63,930 nucleotides of DNA, filler included, from Octopus bimaculoides (GCF_001194135.2; 6 parts of 6 records of this genome joined end to end with filler, not necessarily neighbours in it), one strand, 5' to 3'; counted from the whole stretch's first letter, positions 39,340 through 53,468 are shown. Notes: generated from the letters alone by a model not told the origin. A program made the numbers and translations.

Positions 39340-39683
39340 TTACAGCTAAAGTTGTAAGTGAATGGCACAAGGAACATTCTAATGAAGTTGAACATCTTAT
39401 CTGGCCACCTCAGTTCTTAGATTTAAATATCATTGAACATTTATGGTGCATTTTAGAAAAACAAGTAAGGAGTCGATATCCTCCACCATCATCACTACAA
39501 GAACTGGAGACTGTTTTAGCTGAAGAATGGACAAAAATTCCTTTGAAAACAATTCAAACTTTGTACGAGTCCATACCCTGTAGAATTCAAGCTGTAATTA
39601 CTCCCAAAGGTGGTCCTACCCCATATAAAAATAAATTTGTTTGAAATTTTAAGCTGTTTCCATTATTTTGTCCAACCTCTCTG
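39340..39683 (+). mobile_element. Tc1-like transposase 3' remnant with right TIR
   Basis: IWPPQFLDLNIIEHLWCILEKQVR...RIQAVITPKGGPTPY*; ends ttccattattttgtccaacctctctg|TA. Confidence 0.85.
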
Positions 39684-39685
39684 TA

Positions 39686-39724
<39 letters not shown>

Positions 39725-40329
39725 CATGTGTGTCTGTGTGTGTTTGGATGTTTATTAAATCTATTTCGTTCTGAAATGATGTTTATTAATGGACACTCAG
39801 TGGACTTATGAACCTTACAAGATTTTATTCCCTGCTTTCCTAGTATTTAATCTAAGACATCAGCACGAAACCATCACTTTCATCATCATCATCCTCATTG
39901 TCGTCGTCGTCGTAGTGGTCATCTTCATAGTCAGTGTTGTTTTCAACAGTTTCATGCAAACTTCTCTTGCACTTAGTGGTTCACCTCCACATCTCTGTTC
40001 CACGGACAGCAATGGCACTCAGTGGTGTACGAAGAATTGTCTTTACCTGCTACATCTCTTTCGTTTAGTTGTGGAGTTTGTTTGGCTGTTTCTGGTGTTA
40101 ATTTAGTGTTCCACCTGATGTTATAAAAATATACAGTATGCTGTTGCCTATATTTTTACTTTGTCGCCTTAGATTAAAGCCCAGATCAAACAGTCCTATA
40201 GTACGCAGTTAGTCGTCCGAACGATGAGATGCCGCCCTTTTTTTGTCCTTTCCTATATATTAAACAAAAATTTATGTTGTTCTTATCGTCTTTGCTCGTC
40301 CCATTACTTGGGTTTTGCTGTATCCCTGT

Positions 40330-40875
40330 CCGTCAACTACTTACAAGATCCTGGCTTTTTGTATAATTACTGAAGTCAAGCGGAGCTTCCGGCAGGGGCT
40401 GCTTGCAGCCTATTTCGGCCGTCGCAAGGCGTTTGAGTCGGTGGACAGAGATATGCTTTAGAGGATTCTGGGGCTGCGAGATATATCTCTTCAAATGATG
40501 AAGATGACCTTGTACACCGAAACAGTCTGTGCAGTTCAAATATGGGTTCATCATGTGACTTTCTTTTCTGGGATACGTCATGATGCTTGTATGATTCGAG
40601 AGCAGCTCACGTTGTTGGGCCATGTTGCTCGATTTTTCGAATTAGACCCTACTTACTGTATTCTCTTCACTGAGGATCCGGCTAGATTGACTCCGCGTGT
40701 TGGTCAACTACATTCTGGTGGTCACGGCTGATGAGGAAGCATCTCGAGGAGACGGGGACTAACTGGGACTCGGCTCGATGGGTCTCTCGGGAGGACCTGG
40801 GAATATACTGACAAATGGGAATGCAACAACGCACTACAATGGTGCATGACCCCTTCATCTAACCTGACTCAACCT
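40330..40875 (+). mobile_element. Internally deleted RTE-type LINE remnant
   Basis: AAYFGRRKAFESVDRDML (KAFDSV RT motif) joined to IREQLTLLGHVARF C-terminal motif. Confidence 0.7.
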
Positions 40876-41303
40876 GTTCTGGGTTACATTACTTCTATTA
40901 CATCATCCACCATATATTATTTATTTATTATCAATTTATTTCTATGTATTGTACTGTATCAAATGTTCAAAAAAAGTAACCACATATTATAATTTACTTA
41001 CTGAAAAGCAACATTTCAGCCTTCCGATACTCCAACACTCGCATTTGACAGACCACAAACATAAATCTACGTGTTGCAAATTTTTTCTGGGTATCACTTC
41101 ATTTGTCATCTTCAAATCAGCCAGAAGTAAATGAATTTTATAAATGATTCCCCATTGCAGCATAACAAGCGAGCTAGCTAGAATATATACATAAGGCAAA
41201 ACGTTTGTGGTTATGAAACTACCTATGAGTAGTGAATTCAACACCTCACCCCAACTTGATCACGTTGTTAACTTATGATCAGTCAATTATTTTGTAGATA
41301 TAT

Positions 41304-41618
41304 GGCACACTGTCGACGAGGGTTCCAGTTGATCCTATCAACAGAACATCGTACTCATGAAATTAACGTGTATGTGGCTGAGCACTCCACAGACACGTGT
41401 ACCCTTTACATAGTTCTCGGGGAGATTTAGTATGACACAGAGTGTGAGAAGGCTCGTCTCCCTTTGGAAAACAAGTACAACTCATTTTTGCCAGCTGAGT
41501 GAACTGGAGCAACGTGAAATAAAGTGTTTTGCTCAAGGACACAACGCGTCGCCGGGAATTGAACTCACAACCTTGAGATCGTGAGCTGAATACCCTAACC
41601 ACTAAGCCACGCGTCTTC
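41304..41618 (-). mobile_element. SINE family C, full length (tRNA-derived head)
   Basis: GGCTTAGTGGTTAGG A-box, GAGTTCAATTCC B-box, gtgtccttgagcaaaacac body. Confidence 0.8.
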
Positions 41619-42054
41619 GCATTTTGTAGATATAAATATTTTGAATTATAGTTGTGTGTATACTATAAACACGAGCAAAGGAGACACTACATTGACGCTC
41701 ATCTTACTGGATATAATAACTAAATTTCCCTCAAATATTCATGACTGTCTTGAAAAGGGAAAAGGACACATTGGATAATGCAGACCAAAATACTCTTATA
41801 AAACCAAGACTGTCACGGTCGGATTTCTTCTGATCATACGGATCAAGGTTGATCTGCGGCTAAATTACATAACATTCATAAAGTATTCCTTATGACGCAA
41901 TTAACAAATATTAGCGTAAGTTTCTTGGTTTTTAATGACCATTTTTATATTCAATGAATAATTATCTAACAGAGAAGACAGAGGTAGAAAAGCTGTTTAG
42001 AATTTTTGCGTTTCAATACTTTCTTTCTATAAATCAATTCGATTAAAATATAAC

Positions 42055-42335
42055 ATAAATGGGAAAACGGAGAGCTTTTTGCAATACGAAATGAGAAATG
42101 TTTTGCAATCTTTATATATTTCAGACCCGTCATCAGAAGCGAACAGAGTAAAAGAATGTGAGTGCCGGACACGGCAGTGTCACTATTCACACAGTACTCA
42201 ACATGTCCAGATTTGTACAGTCTCCCATTTCTTTATTCTGTTAACTTCTAATGGTGTGCCTTTGTGCTTGAAATACATACGGGTTGCTAAACGTCTTGCT
42301 TTCCACATAGCAAGGTCTCTGTCTTCATTATTTTG
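42055..42335. repeat. Old diverged foldback element
   Basis: Arms about 42055-42170 and 42218-42335, roughly 65-70% complementary. Confidence 0.5.
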
Positions 42336-43204
42336 CTATTTTACCTTTTGTATCACAACGCCTCAAGCAAACTATAAAGCTCTTCTTTAAAAAATGTTTG
42401 ATAAATTGATTGGATTCGCCCGGTAGCTTCTCATATACTCTTTTGTACATATCAACGAATCGAAATGATATTAAATGTGCAAGTGTGTGTTGAACAGTTT
42501 GAATCATATTACGAACGGTTTCGTTTATCCGTGGTCAAAACATTTGACTCCAAAATGTTTCAATCTTTTGCAGTTGCAATAATCAGTAACAACGCTAAAA
42601 TTTTAAAGAGTTTTCTTATCTTAATATGTTAAGTGTTATCAACTACTTTGGATGAGGTCCAATGAAGAGTTGAATACTATTGAGCTCGTTCTAGTATTTA
42701 TATCTATGGAATTTATCACTTATTGATAACACCAGGCTTGAAGTTGGATAATGAACTTGGTCGTCTTACAACAACAAACAGATCGATTAAGAGATATAAT
42801 TCACGAAAATGTAAGTAAAATTGATTCACTGTTGATGTGTGACATGCCATATAAAAAGCAATGCGACTGCAACGCATTAAACACACTGGCTTCGACGGAT
42901 ACATTCATTCCATACTAAAGACAGAACAGTCTTTCATTCAGAAACGAAATTTATTTATGATCACCGGCATTTTATCATGACCGATTATCGGAAAAATTCT
43001 CCCACCATATGCAATGTATCTGTATACAAAATACTGAAATGCCACCCGTAGTGTGTTGATACGCTAAACAGCCATATCTTTAAGCCAGCCAGCCAACCAG
43101 CCTGCATTCCTTTCTGCATGTAACTGCCATATGGAACCGATAACCTACATATGTTTCACACAATTTATTAGGCATAAGGTCAAAAAAGCGTCCTTGTACT
43201 TCCT

Positions 43205-43205
43205 T

Positions 43206-43250
<45 letters not shown>

Positions 43251-43315
43251 TCAGCAGCAGCAACAGCAGCAACAGCAGCAATAGCAGCTTCGGTAGTTAC
43301 TGTTGCTCCTTTTCA

Positions 43316-43350
<35 letters not shown>

Positions 43351-43380
43351 GTTGCTGTTGTTGTTGTTGTTGTTGTTGTT

Positions 43381-43475
<95 letters not shown>
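43205..43475. repeat. Compound trinucleotide microsatellite (GTA/GCA/TTA/TTG/TTC)
   Basis: Direct inspection. Confidence 0.95.
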
Positions 43476-43992
43476 CATCATCATTGGCTGCTCCGTCACC
43501 GTTACCCACACTACTATCGCTATTGTTCTGTAAACGTGTTCCCTTGGGTGGTTTGTTAGCAACCATAAGCTCATTGCACTTTTCGCAATGCAGCAACAAT
43601 CTCCAGCTCCCGCCTCGCATCGTCGCCACCACAGTCATCATCGTCCTTTTCGCCCACCACGACCCTCGCCTCCACCACTACCGTCATCAGCGCCACTGTA
43701 GTTGTCATCTTTAAAAATTCTCTCCACCACCATCACAAACACGACCAACGACACAACCACTGACACCGCCATTCTGACCAGCAATATCATCATCATAATC
43801 ATCTTCATCAACAACAACAACAACAGCAACAACGCTTTTTGTCAGTTATTTTTTCTCCTCGCTCTGGAGTCTCTAATATTTGCAAAGTCAAGTTTCTCAC
43901 TAGGTTAGTCGTCTAATACCAAATATAATTATATTTCTACACACGCGGACTGTAGCAATGGCTCTGCTTATTTCTCAACGACAGATAGTGAG

Positions 43993-44051
<59 letters not shown>

Positions 44052-44177
44052 AATAGGAAGAGAGAGAGACAGAAAGAGTTAGAGAGAGACAGAGAGAAAG
44101 GGGGAAAGAAAGAGAAAGACAGAGAGAAAGGGTTAGAGAGAGACAGAGCGAAAGAAGGAAAGAGAGAGAGGCAGAGA

Positions 44178-44225
<48 letters not shown>

Positions 44226-44712
44226 AGGAATGATAAACTGGTTACAATCAGAGCTGGATTTAAAATGAATCCGTTAAGTCAATGAAATAGTTGTTCACAT
44301 TACAGTGGTTCTTACAAGGAAGCTTCTACGACGTCGCTCAACCTGCTGTAACAGCCAGATCTCACTCAAATCACATCAACAACATTATATAAATGGTGGA
44401 TTCGAGAATGTAGTTCCAAATATACTACATCTAATAATAATTAAAAAAAGAGTCGCTCCAGTTGTGGTTGACCACGACTGGGGTAATTTTGACGGTAGCT
44501 CTATATAGTTACTATGTTGTATTATTTGCAAAAGGAGCCGGATTGTGCTTAAGACATTATTTGAACTGCTAGATCGGTTGGTCCTAGACGCTATCAAGTA
44601 CTGAACTATAGGCCTTACACCCCTTTGTACTTGTTACGTCCCCTTGCATTCTCGGTTTAAAAGCCATCGTAGCCGACATTGCCTTTCGTATTCCCAGAGT
44701 CGATACACACAA

Positions 44713-44945
44713 GGCAGCGAATTGGCAGAATCGTTAGCACGCCGGGCGAAATGCTTAGAGGTATTTCGTCTGCCGTTACGTTCTGAGTTCAAAATTCCGC
44801 CGAGGTCGACTTTGCCTTTCATCTTTTCGGGGTCGATTAAATAAGTCCCAGTAACGCACTGGGGTCGATATAATCGACTTAATCCGTTTGTCTGTCCTTG
44901 TTTGTCCCCTCTGTGTGTAGCCCCTTGTGGGTAGTAAAGAAATAA
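44713..44945 (+). mobile_element. SINE family B, full length
   Basis: tRNA-like head (TGAGTTCAAATTCC), tttcatcttttcggggtcgat body, tail to gtaaagaaataa. Confidence 0.85.
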
Positions 44946-45818
44946 CACACAAGTGAAATATTCTCCTGCTTCAAATTCGTTGACCTTGTGTCAAAGTCAA
45001 AAATCATTGATAACACTATCACATTGTTGAAATTATGTCTCTGGATTTCCATGCACCAGATTCATGTTAATTCTTTACAGGTTTTAATTTAACAGCAATT
45101 TAACTCGTAGTTAGAGAAAGCAATTATTTTGTTTTGTTGCTATCCCCCAACACTTCTGCTCAGAATATGAAGAGAAACAATGCAAAGGGGACAATGTTTA
45201 GGTCTAATATTATCTTCTGATATTCTTACAATAAAATCGATCTCACTTCTCTTGTTTTCAAATTCAAACTATTTATCCATTGTCTTACTGTAGTTCATTC
45301 TTGGAAGAGATTCAAAGTAATAAAAGTAGAGATGAATAATTGGGCATGCTTACACGAGTATAATATATCTTCTTGTGGATGAGTATTTAACGAGTGCACG
45401 CACAATTAATTTCCCATTGCAACCTATACATTGTCTAGATTTCCTAAGAAGGGAAAGTTTCCGTATTATATAAGTTTAAATCGAAACCTCATTAAATTTG
45501 AATAAATGTTGTCCTACGTAAAACCGAGAGCATATATATCATTATAAGCCATCAGTTTTTCTCATTATAAGCTCATTGAATCAAACTCTACTCTTGACTA
45601 TCATCACGAAAACTGACTTCTAAATGATGAAAAACCATTGGCAATCTCGAAATAAACGAAATTTATAGAACACTTTCTTTACTAACGTAATAACATTATA
45701 AATGAATTACTCTTTTATTCCGGCACTGTTTCGCCATTATCCCTCTCTTCCACCTCCTCCCCATCTACTTCATCGTCATTGTATATCATCACTATTATTA
45801 TCATTATTATTATTATTA

Positions 45819-45897
<79 letters not shown>

Positions 45898-47064
45898 ATC
45901 CATCTCGTATGTTTCCTTTGTTTTCAAAATTCTGGTATATTTCATTAAAATATATCCAATACTCTAGTGGGCCATATGACGATACCGAACAGGAAAATGC
46001 TTGTGAAAGAAAACTCAGTCGTATTTTCAATATTTCAATCTATACTTGATGTGGGATTGATAACATTTGTTAAAACTTAAATAAGACAAGGATGGTTCAT
46101 GAAGCTGCCTATAAGAGTCTCTTTGTGCAGAAAACTGTGATGTAACCGTGCTCAGCTCTTAAGTAAACTAGTGAAATAGCTTAATGTAGAACAGGAGCAA
46201 ACATTTTTGCTAAGCAAACAAGGACAGCATAGTTTCAAATCAAACTTTACTTTTGTAAACCATCAAGACCTTAGTAGATGATACTTCATTTTTTATGTAA
46301 CACTTGACTTTGCAACTTTGAATACAGTTTCAAATTAAAACACGTAAAACATTTTACTGGGCCAGTTACGTGTAACATACGTGACAGCTAGGCACAAAAT
46401 ATATATGAGCTGTAAATTTTGAACATTTACAAGAATTGTTGATTAAAGTTTGACTACCCAGGCCAGTATAAAACGAAAACGTTTTACCTGGAACGTATGT
46501 TGAATTCAAAAAGTGTAACGCTGGCGACATCGAACAAATTAATATTTTTTTCACCTGAAAATATAAACTTCAAATTTCAAAACATGGTAATATGCTTGCT
46601 GAGAAACAATGGCTGTGGTTTAAATTTTCATTTACCTGGTACGATGTGTAGAACAAAAATGGATGTGACATCAAGACAAATATTTTCTATATCTTCAAAT
46701 AATGCAGATATGGAAGAAATTGTCTTAATATCGATATCTAGTTGAAAATCAACCATTTCAACATACCATTACAGGTATATAATGATTTTTCAAGGCATCT
46801 AAAAAAACTTTGGAAAACTTCTTTTGATTTAACTTTCATGAAAATGGTCCAACTGTAGCTCCTGGACAACTAGCACCTTGATAGTGAATTTGGTAGAAGG
46901 AAACTGCGTGAAATCCCGTCGTATATGATATGTATATGTATGTATGCATGTGTATACATACATANNNNNNNNNNNNNNNNNNNNNNNNNNNNNNNNNNNN
47001 NNNNNNNNTTAATTAATTAANNNNNNNNNNNNNNNNNNNNNNNNNNNNNNNNNNNNNNNNNNNN

Positions 47065-47391
47065 AAAAGAAATGGAAAAACTTTCAAAATACAAAGACCT
47101 GGAAATAGAGATAACTCGAATGTGGAATCTAAAAACAGAAACAATTCCTATCATAGTAGGTGCCTTAGGTATAATAAAAAAAATATTCAGACAAATACAT
47201 AACAAAAATAGCAGGACTTACAAATATATATAACATACAGAAAATTGCACTACTGGGTACTGCACACATTCTACGCAAAACACTTTCAATACAGTAAACA
47301 TAAGAGCACCACAGCAAACCACAGCACATACCCAAGGCGCACAGAGCTGCGCTCGGTAGTGAAGTGAAAGCACGTTATAAAAATAAAACTA

Positions 47392-47430
<39 letters not shown>
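47065..47430 (+). mobile_element. R4/Dong-like (RLE-type) LINE 3' end
   Basis: KEMEKLSKYKDLEIEITRMW...IPIIVGALG...IQKIALLGTAHILRKTLSIQ*, short UTR, (AAT)n tail. Confidence 0.8.
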
Positions 47431-47434
<4 letters not shown>

Positions 47435-47834
47435 GCAACAACAATTTCTTGAGTAACGAGAAGATGGATTTGGTATTAAGCTCTATTTTGTACGACGGTC
47501 GTGTCGACCCATCCTGCTAGTGTCCCTTATGGGTGGAACTCCTTTCAGCATGTTATTTTGCATCGATTTTCCAGTCTGAGTCTCATCAGGCACATCAATA
47601 CATAAATCTATCTTTTTGTTACTTAAGAGATCATTATTATCATTATCTCAAGTAACACCGCGGAATTACTGAAGTACATTTACGGAAATATACCCTAACT
47701 GCAGATCCCACCAGGTAACCCAAACTGTACCAGTGTTGTATATATATATCAAATTTGCAGGAAACAAAAGACAGATACAGGCGAGGAAACAACAAGCAGA
47801 TGTATTAGCTTGACGTACGGGGAAAATGGAAAGT

Positions 47835-47870
47835 CTTTGACGTTTCGAGCCTACGCTCCACGACAGAAAG
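47835..47870 (-). ncRNA. Degenerate minimal hammerhead-like motif, family B
   Basis: CUUU-CUGUCGU-G-GAGC-GUAG-GCUC-GAAACGU-C|AAAG. Confidence 0.4.
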
Positions 47871-47944
47871 TGATGAGAGGAAAAAATGAAGGGAGAGAGA
47901 AAAAGAACGGAAAGACAAAAATAAACGTATCAGGATTAATAGTT

Positions 47945-47984
<40 letters not shown>

Positions 47985-49620
47985 GTATGTGTGTATATGC
48001 GTGTGTGCATGAGAATACATCAGTAGCTGTCTGTCTATCTTCCTGTCTTTCTCTGTATGTGTTTATCTGTTTGACTGTGTCTAACTCTCTGTCTATCCAT
48101 CTCTCCATCTGTTTATCCATCGTCTATCTACCCCAGCGATTTATCAGTCTTTCTAATTGACTATGTGTCTGTCTTTCTCACTATCTATTCAACTATGCGC
48201 ACAAAACGCGCGCGCGCGAATACACACTCACTCATAATAATGATATCCATCCATCTTCTTCGTAAAAATTGGAGCAAATGCAAAATAATAATAATAATAA
48301 TAATAGCTGAGGTAGATGACTAGTGAGTGATATACGAGCCAATAAATTGCAAGGCAAAGATAGTATCAAAATCATTTTTTTATTTTTAATCTTCCATGAA
48401 ACTTTCAAATGTTCTTTTGGGAATTGCAGGATGATGTCTGTAAAACGAGAGCTTAAAGCATTTGGATTCCATATTCGACACTGAGATGATGTCGGCCAAA
48501 CATTTTTACATCTGTCCATTAATTTCACAACAGAACTATGCAATGGTGTGTGTATATGTGTATGCATAAGTGTGTGCGTGCGTCTGTGCGTGTATGTGGG
48601 TGTGGGCGTGCGTGTGTGCGTGCACATGCGCGTGCCTGTTTATGTGTGTGCATGTATGTATGTATGTATGTGCGTGATCTATTTGGAAAGTTGTATTTAT
48701 GGAAGCAATGTTGTTTATATACATTGCACAAATACGCAATATGGCGGTATACACTGCAACGGAAAGCTTATATATANNNNNNNNNNNNNNNNNNNNNNNN
48801 NNNNNNNNNNNNNNNNNNNNNNNNNNNNNNNNNNNNNNNNNNNNNNNNNNNNNNNNNNNNNNNNNNNNNNNNNNNNNNNNNNNNNNNNNNNNNNNNNNNN
48901 NNNNNNNNNNNNNNNNNNNNNNNNNNNNNNNNNNNNNNNNNNNNNNNNNNNNNNNNNNNNNNNNNNNNNNNNNNNNNNNNNNNNNNNNNNNNNNNNNNNN
49001 NNNNNNNNNNNNNNNNNNNNNNNNNNNNNNNNNNNNNNNNNNNNNNNNNNNNNNNNNNNNNNNNNNNNNNNNNNNNNNNNNNNNNNNNNNNNNNNNNNNN
49101 NNNNNNNNNNNNNNNNNNNNNNNNNNNNNNNNNNNNNNNNNNNNNNNNNNNNNNNNNNNNNNNNNNNNNNNNNNNNNNNNNNNNNNNNNNNNNNNNNNNN
49201 NNNNNNNNNNNNNNNNNNNNNNNNNNNNNNNNNNNNNNNNNNNNNNNNNNNNNNNNNNNNNNNNNNNNNNNNNNNNNNNNNNNNNNNNNNNNNNNNNNNN
49301 NNNNNNNNNNNNNNNNNNNNNNNTATATATATATATATATATATATGTATATCAATTCGAGACACTTAGAAGCAAAGCAAAATAATTATCAAGAGCAAAT
49401 CAGAAGAGATAAGATAAGCAACAGCTTATCAGAGTAGCTTATGTATCAACAGTGGATCGTAGCAGATCAGTTGGCATTGTTGTTGTTATTTACGTTATTG
49501 TTGATCTTGTTTTGGGTTGCGTTTTGTGAAGAATAACGTCGTTGGTTACAGGTTTCCAGAGGACCAATGACTGGTTTACTCTATCTAGTGAGGGAAGTGT
49601 CTGTAACCGAGTCCATATAA

Positions 49621-49655
<35 letters not shown>

Positions 49656-49987
49656 CATATATATGAGCCGTACAGTAAAACTTTACACATGCATATATGT
49701 GCACACACACTTATGCATGTCTCTTCTATGTTTTAATTATTATAAATCTTCCACTGAGGAGGGAGTCGGTTTCTAACAAAGATACAAGGTTGCATCTTTG
49801 GGATGTATTTAACACAGACAAATTCACTTTTGCAACTTGAGAAAAGCCTTACATATTTTTACTGCTCCACTCACTGATTGCGCTTGTACGAATTAACCGG
49901 ATAAGAGATGATGCAATATGATTGAAAGGTTGGGAATGGGAAGTGCAGGGGCAGTAGCAAAATATCTTCATGTAATACAACACATAT

Positions 49988-50285
49988 GGAGGCACATGGC
50001 CTAGTGGTTAGAACAGCGGACTCGCTGTCGAGGGATTGCGGGTTCAAATCTCAGACCGGGTGATGTGTGTGTTTATGAGCAAGACACACACATCGGCAGA
50101 AGGTAACGGCGAACTTTTGCTGACTCTTTCGCCACGACTTTCTCACTCTTTCCTCCTGCAGCCAGCAGCTCACCTGCGATGGACCGGCGTCTCGTCCAGG
50201 TGGAGAACCTATACGCCAATGAAACCAGGAAACCGGCCCTTGTGAGCCAGCATGGCTCGAGAAGGAACAAACAACAACAACAATA
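49988..50285 (+). mobile_element. tRNA-derived SINE with V-SINE-like central domain
   Basis: GGCCTAGTGGTTAG / GGTTCAAATC boxes; ctgcgatggaccggcgtctcgtccagg...gaaacc resembles the V domain (from recollection); (AAC)n tail. Related head at about 28500-28590 and tail at about 39272-39340. Confidence 0.6.
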
Positions 50286-50297
50286 CAACACATACAT

Positions 50298-50925
50298 TTA
50301 GATTGATAGGGTTTTACTAAGGATATGGACAGTACTTGTCAACACAATCTTTTGGATTTCTCTGAGACATGGTTCTCCTGGGATATTATCTACATGTTTC
50401 TGAAATCCCTTTCTTATTATACCTAGAACAACTACAATAACAGAAACAGTTCTCGCTTTACAATGCCACATCTTTTGTATTTTAATTTCCAGGACATTCT
50501 ATTTACTTACTTTGTCAAATTCCTTCATAGATATATTTTTATCAGTGGGAACACTTACATCTATTAGTCTACAAGTATTTTCTTCTCTGTTTTTAACTAC
50601 TATGTCTGGTCGATTAGACTGGACCGTTTTGTCGGTGTTGAGTGGAAAATCCCAGAGGATAGTGACACTTTTATCTTCAACGACTGACTCAGGATGATGT
50701 TCATATCAGTAGGCAAGAGTGCTTATCTTGTAGAGTTTATACATTTTCCAATGTAAATACTGTCCTACCCTATCGTGGCGAGATTTGCATTCGTTTGGTG
50801 TCAGCTCAGGACATCCCAAGACGAGATGGTCTATTGTTTCATCAAATTTATCGCAGAATATGCATTTAGGGTCAGAACCGTTTTGAAGAACGTTAGCCTG
50901 GTAGTTTTTGGTAAGCAAGCTTTGG
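50298..50925 (-). mobile_element. R4/Dong-like LINE remnant (CCHC plus RLE endonuclease)
   Basis: CIFCDKFDETIDHLVLGC..RHDRVGQYLHW, then ILWDF..TDKTVQSNRPDIVVK...IDVSVP...KE; contains stops. Confidence 0.8.
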
Positions 50926-51056
50926 TCTTCTTCTTCTTCTTCTTCTTCTTCTTCTTCTTCTTCTTCTTCTTCTTCTTCTTCTTCTTCTTCTTCTCATCAT
51001 CATCATCATCATCATTATTATTATCACCATTATTATTATTATTATTATTATTATTA

Positions 51057-51088
<32 letters not shown>

Positions 51089-51129
51089 GCCTTTTAAGAG
51101 GATAGACGTAACGTTTCACAAAGATAAAC

Positions 51130-51451
51130 AGACAAGACGAAAAGCGCAATGCGATTGCAATAGATATTTTATTAGTTGAACGATATTTTGACGGCAAACT
51201 TATCTTTCTCGAGTTCAAAATAAGAAGTGATAAAAATTCAAAATTATAAAAATTCAAAATTCAAAGTATGAACGAGAGCAACCAGCATCCACACGCTGCT
51301 TGCTCTCGTTCGTACTTTAAGTTTAAATTTCTATAAATTTTGAATTTTTTTCACTTCTTATTTTGAACTCGACAAAGACAGGCTTCCTACCGAAATATCG
51401 TTCAACTAATAAAATATCTATTGCAATCGCATCGCGCTCTTCGTCTTGTCT
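51130..51451. repeat. 322-bp foldback palindrome (MITE-like)
   Basis: Arms 51130-51286 and 51295-51451 about 85-90% complementary, 8-nt loop ATCCACAC. Confidence 0.9.
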
Positions 51452-51773
51452 ATTATTATTATTATTATTGTTATTATTATTATCATTATTATTATTATTA
51501 TTGTTGTTGTTGTTGTTACTATTTATAGTAGTAGTAGTAGTAGTAGTAGTTAGTAGTAGTAAATTTCATATACAAGCTACACACACACACACACAAATAT
51601 ACATACGTACTTTGATAAGCATGCACACGCACATATACATATTTGTATATGCATATGTATATGTGCATAAATATGTATGTATATATGTATGTGCACGTCT
51701 GTATAAACGCAGTATGTATGAAGATGTTTATATATGTGATATATGCATATCTATGTATATGTATACTCACGCC

Positions 51774-51821
<48 letters not shown>

Positions 51822-52101
51822 NNNNNNNNNNAATCATTTATTGATTATTAAATACAATAATATAAACTATTTACATGTTTTTAAGTTATGAAACAATTTG
51901 TCGTGATATTAGAATTTTGTTATTGTTAAATAAAATTTCATTAAACTATTTCTCTGTCATTTATGACTTTATTCACTCCATATCTTTTCCCCTTGTATCG
52001 TCCTATATGTTCTGTTTTGTAGAATGATAGGTTAAGGAGCTTTTTGTTATGAGTATTACCGGATTACTTGAATCCATATATCACTTGAATACATTCATAC
52101 A

Positions 52102-52149
<48 letters not shown>

Positions 52150-52151
<2 letters not shown>

Positions 52152-52668
52152 GGATGTCCGGGATGAATTTGACACTTTGCATAAAAGGAAAAGATAAACA
52201 AAATGCCCCATCCCAAAATAAGAGTGTCAAGTAGATTATGGCTGAGAGATAGTAGTTTATTTAAAGCACCCGCCTTCAACTTCCACCACGGCTTCAAGGC
52301 GGCTTTAGAACCAAGCGCGTGTGTTCCTAACTGTGTCTTCGGGAAGATCTTCGAACACCGTCTTTATCTTGGCTACCAGCCTGGCCTTGATATGACAGGG
52401 AGAACAGTTAGTATCTTTTTCACCCGTGCTCCACACATAGTAATTCATGGGATTACAGTCGGAAAAATTACGTGGCCGAAAACTGGAACAAGAGATTACG
52501 CAGAAATTCTCCACCAATCACTTCTGACTCTTTCCTGGGGTATGGCAAGGGGCCGAATCCTTCTACCACACTTATAGCCTTCTCGCAGTAGCCCTTTCCA
52601 GCCAGAGATTGATGACAGTCTCCAGCAGCTTTGCATAACCGCGTCTGAGTTGAGCCTAGGGCCCTGTT
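52150..52668 (-). mobile_element. maT (DD37D)-like transposase 3' remnant with TIR
   Basis: DSAPCHT...ENFC...DCNPMNYYVW...SRLEAVVEVEGG; TIR TA|CTGGATGTCC. Confidence 0.75.
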
Positions 52669-52779
52669 NNNNNNNNNNNNNNNNNNNNNNNNNNNNNNNN
52701 NNNNNNNNNNNNTTAATTAATTAANNNNNNNNNNNNNNNNNNNNNNNNNNNNNNNNNNNNNNNNNNNNATATATGTATT

Positions 52780-52804
<25 letters not shown>

Positions 52805-52810
<6 letters not shown>

Positions 52811-53468
52811 CTGTGTTTGTCCCCCCAACATCGCTTGACAACCGATGGTGGTGTGTTTACATCCCCGTAACTTAGCGGTTCGGCAAAAGAGACTGATAGA
52901 ATAAGTACTAGGCTTACAAAGAATAAGTCCTGGGGTCGATCTTCTCGGCTAAAGGCGGTGCTCCAGCATGGCCGCAGTCAAATGACTGAAACAAGTAAGA
53001 GTAAAAGAGTATATATACTACATACATGCGTATACATATATGCAGGCACATACATACATACTACTCACATATATATGCATACATACATACATACGCACAT
53101 ACATGCTTATGTATATACATACACATACACATGCATACATACATACATTCAAAAATACATATATACATTCATGTACACATGCATTCAAACATACATACAT
53201 ACAGCAGTAGCAATATTAGAAACGTTCATAAATATATATACTCTTTTACTTGTTTCAGTCATTTGACTGCGGCCATGCCGGAGCACCACCTTTAGTCGAA
53301 GAAATCGACCCCATGACTTCTTCATTCTATCGGTCTCTTTTGTCGAACCGCTAAGTTACGGGGACGTAAGCACACCAGCATCGGTTGTCAAGCGATGTTG
53401 GGGGACAAACACAGACACATAATACCAAATCCACTCACAAGGCTTTGGTCGGCCCGAAGCTATGGTAG
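52805..53468. mobile_element. Two SINE-A tails in inverted orientation (52805-53010 +, 53245-53468 -)
   Basis: Both match family A; separated by a (TACA)n-rich spacer. Confidence 0.8.

Noticed and set aside
41530-41618. tRNA gene (CAC-like anticodon loop); also heads at 23647-23793 and 49988-50060
   Set aside because: No acceptor-stem pairing, and the 41530 and 49988 heads run directly into SINE bodies.
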